DNA from: an uncultured Gammaproteobacteria bacterium
Lineage (GTDB): Bacteria > Patescibacteriota > Microgenomatia > PFEM01 > CAYIUX01
Assembly (NCBI GenBank): GCA_964366795.1
Contig: CAYIUX010000002.1
Span: 1 to 36,271 of the forward strand
Length of the DNA: 36,271 nt
Reading direction: 5' to 3'
Shown: in pieces, positions 25,690-33,015 of the stretch
Position numbering within the stretch: position 1 is the stretch's first letter
Layout of the letters: each line of letters opens with the position of its first letter
The notes under the pieces: generated by a model
The model's database searches: none
Told to the model about the DNA's origin: nothing
The model's input: only the letters and a program-made list of their open reading frames with translations
Translations under genes and position numbers: made by a program

Positions 25690-28001
25690 TGCTTATAAGA
25701 AAAAACAAGTTGATGTTCTCCTTTGGGTACGGCCACGGCTCGAAAAGAGTAGTTTGCCCGATAAATTTTAGCTTTCTGGCCATCTATTTCAGCCTGCCAG
25801 TTGGGATAAAAGTTATCCGAAAGAAAGAGAAGTTGATTCCCAGTAGAGCTGGTTTTAATTTCAATTTTATTTGGCTGATAATCCACAAGCTTTATTTCCC
25901 AAACCGTCTGAAAGTCTAAAACAAAATTGTTGGCAAGCTCCTCTTCCAAAATTAATTTCTTTTCTAAGGGGAATTTAGGGTCAAAGATTAAATCGGCAAT
26001 CTTTTGCTTATCTTTCTCAACCTGATAATCTCCGACCAAAAATATTCTCGGTAAAGCAGTTTTATTTTCGTAAACCTGCCATTTTCCTTTTTGCCAAATA
26101 AGCTGATAAATTTCCGAAGGGAAAGTCTGGTAATCTGGTTGCCAAACTTCGGTCAAGCCTTCGTCTTTCTGAAGAACATATTTTACTCCTAAAAGGTCTA
26201 AAAGCCGCTGACGATAAGGATTTTCCCGAAGTGCTTCTTTACCAAAACCTCTGGTCAAAACCACATCCGCCCTAGGGATAGTTTCTTTTATTTTGCCATT
26301 ATCAGAAGCAGAAATTAACTCCCCATAGCGCCGGATAAACAAGGCATCCCAACCATCAATAGAATAAGTCCCCGTGAATGTCGAAAAATTACTATCAATA
26401 TAGCCTATGCCATAACCCCAAAAGCGATTAATGCCGGTGTTATCCTGAAGATATTTCATTATTTCTGTTTGCGGATAGACAAATTCTTTAGGCGAAAATG
26501 GGGTAATCTTCCGAAAGTAAAAGAAAAGATCAAAAATAGTGATAAGAATAACCCCGAAAAAAACAAATTTCTTGCTTTTCAATAAAGAAGAAAAAACAAT
26601 AATCGTTATTCCTAAAAAAGCGAATACTGTCGGTAACACAAGATTGCGTCTGGTAATGCTAAGATAGGAAATCCACCAGCTGGTGGGGAAAATTAAGGGA
26701 GCTAAGAAAGTAAAGAGCCACAAACACCCATAAACTCCGATAAAAATAACCCCTCCAGTTAATATTTTTCTCGTCTTTTTGCTCTTAAGACACCAGTCAA
26801 CCCCAAAACCAGCCAAAATAGCCATTGAAAAGGAAAAAACCGATAAAAGACGGGTATAAACCGTAGTTGAGATAATGGGAATTTTTAACCCGTAGAAAAA
26901 ACGAATGGGTAAAAGATTTAAACTGAAAATTAAAGAAAAAATTGCTAGTCCGGCAAAAAAAAGGACTATTTTTTCTTTTCGTTGCCAAAAAATTGCCAAA
27001 AGGGCAAAAAATAATGGCAAAACCCCAATATAAGAGACTCTTTCGATATAAGTCCCAGGATACCAATAATTCCGACTGGCAGGGTTGCCAAAAAAATCAG
27101 AAACAAATATGGTTAGCGGATAAAACCAAGGCAACAAAAGTTCGGGAATTTTTTCTAGGGGATAAGCCTGACGGGCAGATTTTAAAAATATTTCTATGGT
27201 GGGAAAAATTTGAACAGAAGAAAGCAAAAGCGCCAAGATAGCCGAGGTCAGGAAACTAATTGTTTTAAGGAGACTATCTTTCGGTTTTTCGATTAGAATC
27301 CGAAAGAAAAAGTAAGCAAATACAACTCCGAAAAGGTAAATTGTTACCTGAATAAAACCGGCTAAGATGGAAAAAGTTAAGGTTAAAACCAGAAGAACAA
27401 TCCACCGCCACTCTAATTCCTTGACAATTTTCTCAACCAAAAGAAGGGCTAAAGGAAGCCATAAGAGCGAATGGCCGATATTGCCATACTCTATCCAAAC
27501 AGTAAAATAAAGACCAAAAGTGAAAGCAAGACTCGCCAGAACAGCTCCCACTCGGCTTACTTTAATTTCTCGCAAAAATAAATAAGTAAACAAGCAGGCT
27601 AAAAATGGTTGAAGAAGAATAAAAATTGTCCAGGAAAAATTGAAAGGAAAAAGAAAAAAAATAAAATTAAGGGGATAAAAAATGCCAGTTTGGAAATTAG
27701 CCATATGAGGATTACCAGAAAAATAATGAGGATTCCAGAAAGGAATCTCCCCTTTTTTAAACATCTCCACCGAGAAGTGTTTCCAGGGGAAAAATTGACG
27801 AACAACATCAATTCCTTGAGCTTTATGGGGAACACCACCGGGAGGATAACCCAAAAAAGAATAGGAATTCCAAGGGGCATAATTACCAACCAGCAAGTCT
27901 CCGGGAAATGGCAACCAACCTTTTAGAAAAACTGGATTGAAAAAAATAACCAGCAAGCCAAGAAAGAAAAAAAATACTAAAAGGTCTTTTTTCTGTTTCA
28001 T
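25686..28001 (-). CDS. YfhO-like GT-C membrane glycosyltransferase (paralogue 3 of 3)
   Basis: 771-aa polytopic ORF. Motifs FPGDLLVGNYAPWNS, FKKGEIPFWNPHYFSGNPHMANFQTG, FFGNP, DNFYPNWQAEIDGQKAKIYRANYSFRAVAVPKGEHQLVFSY. ATGA overlaps at both ends. Confidence 0.85.
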   Translation of the reverse strand: MKQKKDLLVFFFFLGLLVIFFNPVFLKGWLPFPGDLLVGNYAPWNSYSFLGYPPGGVPHKAQGIDVVRQFFPWKHFSVEMFKKGEIPFWNPHYFSGNPHMANFQTGIFYPLNFIFFLFPFNFSWTIFILLQPFLACLFTYLFLREIKVSRVGAVLASLAFTFGLYFTVWIEYGNIGHSLLWLPLALLLVEKIVKELEWRWIVLLVLTLTFSILAGFIQVTIYLFGVVFAYFFFRILIEKPKDSLLKTISFLTSAILALLLSSVQIFPTIEIFLKSARQAYPLEKIPELLLPWFYPLTIFVSDFFGNPASRNYWYPGTYIERVSYIGVLPLFFALLAIFWQRKEKIVLFFAGLAIFSLIFSLNLLPIRFFYGLKIPIISTTVYTRLLSVFSFSMAILAGFGVDWCLKSKKTRKILTGGVIFIGVYGCLWLFTFLAPLIFPTSWWISYLSITRRNLVLPTVFAFLGITIIVFSSLLKSKKFVFFGVILITIFDLFFYFRKITPFSPKEFVYPQTEIMKYLQDNTGINRFWGYGIGYIDSNFSTFTGTYSIDGWDALFIRRYGELISASDNGKIKETIPRADVVLTRGFGKEALRENPYRQRLLDLLGVKYVLQKDEGLTEVWQPDYQTFPSEIYQLIWQKGKWQVYENKTALPRIFLVGDYQVEKDKQKIADLIFDPKFPLEKKLILEEELANNFVLDFQTVWEIKLVDYQPNKIEIKTSSTGNQLLFLSDNFYPNWQAEIDGQKAKIYRANYSFRAVAVPKGEHQLVFSYKQ

Positions 28002-29545
28002 TGATTTGAATCAAGAATTACTTGGTAAAGCCTCATTGAGTAGCGACGGTGAGGTCGCTGATATTCGGCGGCTAACTTAAGGGGCCAATTGCCAGGGACC
28101 TGAATAGTTTCATTAAAAACGAAGTAAGTCGGCATAATCTTGGCTTTTTCCAAAACTTCCACGGGGATTTTTTCAACTGGGAAAAAGCCTTTAATCTCCA
28201 CGTTGGGGTTATCCCAAAGATATAATTCGAGTGAGGCTGGCATTAAACCAAAGGTACCTTCAGTGGCAATAAAAATTTTGCCATCTTTGGCTTTTTCCTT
28301 AGCGAAAGCCGCAATCTCTTTTATTCCATAACCGGCTGGCCACGAAAGAATATATTGATCACGATCACTTATAGCAATTGGCGCTGTTTGAGGATTAAGA
28401 AGAAGTTTTAAATCAACCGATAAAGACATTGCTGTGGTTAAAATTAACACCGCCACAAAAATCAATTTGCTTTTTACCCGCTTCGCGATTTCTTCTAATG
28501 ATAAGGCCGCTAAAACAAATAAATATAAACTCATAGAAAATATAAAACGGGGATATAGAATATTGCCAAAAACAGCCAAACCCAGGAAAGGAATGGCAAA
28601 CCAGCCAAATAAAAGCAATTTTTCGCGAAATTGATTCCGAAGATTTAATAAAGAAAATAGAACCAAAAGCCCTAATGGCCAAGTTAAGTATGTCAAGAGC
28701 CAATTCAATAACCCACTAAGGTGACTTTTTAAATAGTAGAAGGGGTGTTTAATCCATTCTTCAAATGGAAAAACAAAAAGGGTGTTTTTTTGGGCAATGA
28801 TGTGGAAAAAAGGAGAAAGCCGCAAAATATTATAAAAAAATTGAGAAATAAGCACTGCCAACAAAATTAAACCCGCCCATTTAAAGAGATTTTCCCGCCA
28901 TTTTTTTGCCCGCCAATCAAAAAGAAGCAAAGTCGAAGGAAGCAAATAAATACTCAAAAAACCCGATGTTTTGGTCAAAACTCCTCCACCTAAAACCGCA
29001 CCCAAGATGAGGGCAACATCTAATCGAAGAGTTTTAACGAGTAAAACGGCGAAAAAGAAGCTTAAAACGCTAAAAGTTCCCACCATGGCATCCATTAAAG
29101 CCATCCGGTCGTAAACTAAAGCAAAAGGGGAAACAAGATAAAGAAACGAAGCCAGGAAAGCGATTCGCCGGTTTTTAAAGAGTAAATAGGTTGAAACCCA
29201 AATGGCAGCCATTGAAACCAAACCCGTAAAGGTAGAAACCAACCGTCCAGCCGCAATCGGATCTTGGATAAAATGCATCATAATCATCGTCACCCAGACA
29301 TACAAAGGCTGCTTGCCATCGGTTAGGGAAATAAATCGCCAGTTAGCATCGTTTTTGGCAATTTGAGCCCAACGCAGATAAATTGCCTCATCGACAAAAA
29401 TTGGTAAAGCGGTAAGTTTAATCAATCGGAATAGTAGGAAAAAAGTAATCAAAAGGAAAGCAATGATAATTTCCACCCGATACTTTTTCAATAAGTCAAG
29501 AAACATATACTCAAAATTATACAACAGGAGCCAAAAATAGTACAC
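27998..29545 (-). CDS. GT39/ArnT-like GT-C membrane glycosyltransferase (divergent member)
   Basis: 515-aa ORF from GTG 29545. ATG 29506 (MFLDLLKKYRVEIIIAFLL) is an equally plausible start. First loop LPIFVDEAIYLRWAQIA (DE motif), about 11 hydrophobic segments, C-terminal soluble domain. Confidence 0.75.
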   Translation of the reverse strand: MYYFWLLLYNFEYMFLDLLKKYRVEIIIAFLLITFFLLFRLIKLTALPIFVDEAIYLRWAQIAKNDANWRFISLTDGKQPLYVWVTMIMMHFIQDPIAAGRLVSTFTGLVSMAAIWVSTYLLFKNRRIAFLASFLYLVSPFALVYDRMALMDAMVGTFSVLSFFFAVLLVKTLRLDVALILGAVLGGGVLTKTSGFLSIYLLPSTLLLFDWRAKKWRENLFKWAGLILLAVLISQFFYNILRLSPFFHIIAQKNTLFVFPFEEWIKHPFYYLKSHLSGLLNWLLTYLTWPLGLLVLFSLLNLRNQFREKLLLFGWFAIPFLGLAVFGNILYPRFIFSMSLYLFVLAALSLEEIAKRVKSKLIFVAVLILTTAMSLSVDLKLLLNPQTAPIAISDRDQYILSWPAGYGIKEIAAFAKEKAKDGKIFIATEGTFGLMPASLELYLWDNPNVEIKGFFPVEKIPVEVLEKAKIMPTYFVFNETIQVPGNWPLKLAAEYQRPHRRYSMRLYQVILDSNQ

Positions 29546-29555
29546 TTAAAAAGCA
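29507..29555. promoter_or_regulatory. Divergent spacer between GT39 27998..29545 (-) and GT39-like 29556..31094 (+)
   Basis: The spacer is only 10 bp if GTG 29545 is the start, and 49 bp if ATG 29506 is used. AT-rich with TATACT/TATACA-like hexamers. The position is forced by the divergent gene arrangement, not by a recognised consensus. Confidence 0.2.
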
Positions 29556-31094
29556 ATGAAAATAAAAAACAAATTACTTTTAATTAGTTTTATTCTCCTA
29601 GTAGCAACCTTTCTTCGTTTCTGGCATCTGCCTGAAAGGGCAATTTTTTTAGGTGACCAGGGTCGAGATTTACTTCTAATAAGAGAAAGTCTTTTGGCTG
29701 GTAAAATCCCTCTCGTTGGTCCACCCACTAGTCAGAGAATCAACAGTGGGCCAGCCTATTTTTATCTTATTATCCCCCCTCTTTTATTGACTAATTTCCA
29801 TCCTCTTGGCCCAATATATTTTTTTACCTTTTTTGGGGTATTAAGCTGCTTTCTCATTTTTAGACTTTGCCTAAACCTTTTTGGTTTGGTCCCTGCCCTG
29901 ATAAGCACTTTGCTCTATGCCATCTCACCCTTAGTAGTTCAGCGTACTTTGGGTTTTTGGAACCCTGTCCTTGTTCCCTTTTTTACTTTTTTAATTTTCT
30001 TTTCTCTATACCAAATAGACAAAAAGCTCTTTTTTTGGTTTCCTTTATTGGGTCTTTTTTTAGGTATCGCTGTCCAATTTCATCCTTCGGTCTATGTCAT
30101 TTTTTTTCTTGTTCTAGGCTGGTGGTTTTATTTTATTTTCCAAAAGAAAAGAGAAAATAACCGTAAAAAAATTCTAAAATGGTCGGCCCTTGGTGGTTTT
30201 TGTTTTTTGATAACTCTTTTACCTTATTTAATTTTCCAATTCCAAAATGATTTTACCGATTTAAGAAAAATCATATTTATTTTGCTGGAGAAATTTTTGA
30301 TTAATCAACCTCAAGGGGAAACTGGAGAGTCCTTTTTTAACCAATTTAGCAATTTTTTTAGCCAACAATTTCAGCCGCTAAGTTTGTCAAACTCACTTCA
30401 CTTTAACTTCATTTTAGGTTTAATTTTAGTTGTTTTTCCTTTTATTTTTAGAAAAAAGAGGGGTATCTTCTGGCATGTTCTTTTCTCTATCTGGCTTTTG
30501 AGCGGATTGGTTATTCTTAGTCTCTACCCAGGCGTAGTTTTCCCTCATTATGCGAGTTTTATTTGGCCGCTGTCTTTTCTAATCTTGGCTTCCTTTTTGA
30601 AAACTCTTTGTGATTACTTCCCCAGAAAGGCAGTTTTAATTTTGGGACTTTTTTGGGTGGCTATCCAAACCCCAAAGTATTTTTCTAATTTCTCTTATAC
30701 TTACGACCTAAAACGAACCCAAGAAGCGATCCAGGTAGTCACCAAAGAAGCCAAAAACCAACCTTTCTCTCTCGTTCTCCTTTCGCCTCATTCTCCTTCA
30801 GATGCTCATTTTCAATATTTTTTAACCTTAAAAGGTGCCCCTCTTAAAAAAATCAATAGCTCCTTAGCTAAATTCTTATTTTTAATTTGCGAAGTAAATT
30901 GTCCTCACCTAAAATCTTTAGAAGATTTGAAAATTGTCGATAGTGACTGTCTCCCAGATTGCCCGCCAATGGAGCAACAGAAAATTGTTGATTTGAAAAA
31001 ATGGTCCTTTTTAAGACGAACTGATTTTCCCTGGGGAGCGGTTTATATCTATCAACGCCCCCAAAATTCCCAAACCAAGAAAAACTATCGTTAA
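29556..31094 (+). CDS. GT39-like GT-C membrane glycosyltransferase, GD(Q/E)GRD-loop subfamily (paralogue of 33008..34519)
   Basis: 512-aa ORF. N-terminus LRFWHLPERAIFLGDQGRDLLLIRESLLAGKIPLVGPPTS, AISPLVVQRTLGFWNP, C-terminal soluble domain with DAHFQYFL. The second of the two plus-strand genes. Confidence 0.75.
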   Translation: MKIKNKLLLISFILLVATFLRFWHLPERAIFLGDQGRDLLLIRESLLAGKIPLVGPPTSQRINSGPAYFYLIIPPLLLTNFHPLGPIYFFTFFGVLSCFLIFRLCLNLFGLVPALISTLLYAISPLVVQRTLGFWNPVLVPFFTFLIFFSLYQIDKKLFFWFPLLGLFLGIAVQFHPSVYVIFFLVLGWWFYFIFQKKRENNRKKILKWSALGGFCFLITLLPYLIFQFQNDFTDLRKIIFILLEKFLINQPQGETGESFFNQFSNFFSQQFQPLSLSNSLHFNFILGLILVVFPFIFRKKRGIFWHVLFSIWLLSGLVILSLYPGVVFPHYASFIWPLSFLILASFLKTLCDYFPRKAVLILGLFWVAIQTPKYFSNFSYTYDLKRTQEAIQVVTKEAKNQPFSLVLLSPHSPSDAHFQYFLTLKGAPLKKINSSLAKFLFLICEVNCPHLKSLEDLKIVDSDCLPDCPPMEQQKIVDLKKWSFLRRTDFPWGAVYIYQRPQNSQTKKNYR

Positions 31095-32177
31095 GCCAAG
31101 ATTAATCATTGTTATTGGCGGATTCCAGTGACCATAATATAAAAACGGGGCATAGCGTAAAAGACTCCCCATGGAAAAACTAATCATAAACCAGACAAGA
31201 AATCTGTTTTTACTTATAAAAGCAACAAATGGCAAAACCCATAAAAGATACCAGGGTTGAAACCCCAAATACCAATGAGTAACAACAATTATCGCTAAAG
31301 ACATTAAAATAACTGCCAGCTTAATCAGGTATTGTTCCTTAATTTTTTTCATTAAACCCAGAATTAAAACCGGCAATAACACCGCCGAAACATACTTAAG
31401 ACCAATTGAGAAAAACCAAGACAAAAATGAATTGAAATATTTCTTTTTTAACAAGAGGTAAAAGGCTAATAATGTAAAAAAAACCATTACCCCATCATAA
31501 TGACCACTAACTAAACTTTCTATCAAAACTAAGGGGTTAAAAGCATAAAAAGCGAGATTAAATATTATATTTTTTCCATTTAAAGCCTTTGAAATTTTAT
31601 ATATTAGCCAAATTGTTCCCAAATAGAAAACCGCCATTATCGCTTTAAACCAAAAAAGTTGCAGGATAAACTTTCCCAACCCCAAAACAAAAGGGAAAAC
31701 TGAAAGACCTATCCAAAAAGGAGGAAAGACGCTTGGGCGATGAGTCCAGTGCATAAATCCTAACATTGGATCTCCGGGAAAATCCAAAGGTTTAACCTGA
31801 TAAGGATTTTGGTGGTAAAAAGCAACTATCTTGGCATCAAAAATATAATTAAAAATGTCATGAGAAAAAGCCGGATAAGAAAAAAGCAAAACTAAAGCAG
31901 TTAAACCAATCAACCACCAAAGATTCTTAGGAAGTAACTTATCTTTTTTAGCCAACCATAAAAGTAAAACGTAAAAAACGAAAAGCAGCAATAATATTCC
32001 TAAGTAAAAACCCGTAGATAAAGGGCGATTAAAATAACCAATCAACTGAAAATTTCTTTGGATTGTCTGCCACCAAGAGAGACGAGTTAAAGTTAGACCA
32101 AGGTCAATTTGAGTAAAGGAGTAAAGAAAAAGCAATAGTATACTTACAATCCAGCCAAAACTAATCAACTTAGTCAT
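31011..32177 (-). CDS. Polytopic membrane protein, GT-C-like (NPY-loop, DUF2029/GT87-like); activity unassigned
   Basis: 388-aa ORF, almost all hydrophobic segments. Loop FSHDIFNYIFDAKIVAFYHQNPYQVKPLDFPGDPMLGFMHWTHRP. ATGACTAA 8-nt overlap with the upstream Alg5-like GT2. Family assignment weak. Confidence 0.5.
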   Translation of the reverse strand: MTKLISFGWIVSILLLFLYSFTQIDLGLTLTRLSWWQTIQRNFQLIGYFNRPLSTGFYLGILLLLFVFYVLLLWLAKKDKLLPKNLWWLIGLTALVLLFSYPAFSHDIFNYIFDAKIVAFYHQNPYQVKPLDFPGDPMLGFMHWTHRPSVFPPFWIGLSVFPFVLGLGKFILQLFWFKAIMAVFYLGTIWLIYKISKALNGKNIIFNLAFYAFNPLVLIESLVSGHYDGVMVFFTLLAFYLLLKKKYFNSFLSWFFSIGLKYVSAVLLPVLILGLMKKIKEQYLIKLAVILMSLAIIVVTHWYLGFQPWYLLWVLPFVAFISKNRFLVWFMISFSMGSLLRYAPFLYYGHWNPPITMINLGLTIVFLGLGILGALIDINRSPGKISSS

Positions 32178-33015
32178 AGTAACCCCTTAAATCACTTAAT
32201 TTAACCCTTAAAATTTCTTTTAACATTTCCCAGGATTCCTTAAAAAATTTTCTTTGTTTCCCCTGGGCAATATCCTTATCCTGCCATTCTACTAGAACTT
32301 CAGCAATCCGACGACCTTGTTTTTGAGCAATAAATAAAAGCTCAACATCAAAAGCACCCACTCGCCAACCCCTAGTTTCTTTGGTTTCTTTAAAAATCTG
32401 CAACCGAGAAAACAAATCCTTAGCGACTTCATTTTTGAAAGCTTTAAAACCACATTGAGTATCAACAATATTTTTTAAAAGGATTGCTTGTCTGATAAGA
32501 CGAAAGCTAGCCGAGGCTAATTGGCGGAACAAAGAAAAGCCCATCCGTTGCTTCCCTCGCGAGCCAATTACTAAATCAAAGCTTTGTTTAAAATAAGAAC
32601 CTTGCTTCGCAAGAACCTTGTTTCTAGCGAAATTAGGCAAAATTTTTTCTATCTGATTTAAAGGGGTTGATTGGTCCATGTCAGTAAATAAAACAATTTC
32701 TCCCCTGGCTTTTTTTATTCCTGCTCCAACCGCAAATGGCTTTCCGGTGTGTTTATTTTTAAGAAGTTTAAAACGGGGGTGATTTTTGGCAAATTCTTCT
32801 ACTATCTGAAGGCTTTCATCATTTGAACCATCATCAGAAATGATTACCTCGCTTTGATAATCTTGTTTTTTTAAATAATCGTCGACTTCGTTTAGAGTCC
32901 CCCTTTTAAGATTAGTTTCTTCGTTATAACAGGGAATAATAACTGATAGAAAGGGTTGCTTATTGCGAAGCAACAAGCTCTTCTTATTGCGAAGCAACAA
33001 ACTTTGTTTATTCAT
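32170..33015 (-). CDS. GT2 glycosyltransferase, Alg5/Dpm1-like polyprenyl-phosphate sugar synthase candidate
   Basis: 281-aa ORF. Motifs LSVIIPCYNEE, ISDDGSNDES, LFTDMDQSTP, VDTQCGFKAF (Alg5-type TQCGFK). N-terminal duplicated SLLLRNK(K/Q) extension. ATGAATAA overlap with the upstream stop at 33008. Confidence 0.85.
   Translation of the reverse strand: MNKQSLLLRNKKSLLLRNKQPFLSVIIPCYNEETNLKRGTLNEVDDYLKKQDYQSEVIISDDGSNDESLQIVEEFAKNHPRFKLLKNKHTGKPFAVGAGIKKARGEIVLFTDMDQSTPLNQIEKILPNFARNKVLAKQGSYFKQSFDLVIGSRGKQRMGFSLFRQLASASFRLIRQAILLKNIVDTQCGFKAFKNEVAKDLFSRLQIFKETKETRGWRVGAFDVELLFIAQKQGRRIAEVLVEWQDKDIAQGKQRKFFKESWEMLKEILRVKLSDLRGYYD
32956..33003. repeat. 24-nt direct tandem duplication (21/24 identical); each copy contains an 8-bp stem hairpin
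   Basis: On the minus strand: AGTTTGTTGCTTCGCAATAAGAAG / AGCTTGTTGCTTCGCAATAAGCAA, codons 5-20 (SLLLRNKK SLLLRNKQ) of GT2 32170..33015. In each copy (C/T)TTGTTGC-TTC-GCAATAAG can fold. Confidence 0.8.

Noticed and set aside
27654-27661. A8/T8 homopolymer runs inside YfhO-like 3 (also around 26955 and 27970) as possible phase-variation tracts
   Set aside because: Runs of 7-8 A/T are expected in DNA this AT-rich that encodes Phe/Lys stretches (here FIFFLF). They are not longer than what is seen throughout the window, so there is no specific evidence for a switch.
29546-29728. Highly basic 60-aa ORF (R/K-rich) antisense to the 5' end of 29556..31094
   Set aside because: It is antisense to a well-supported gene, its composition is explained by antisense reading of Leu/Phe codons, and it has no start context or motif.
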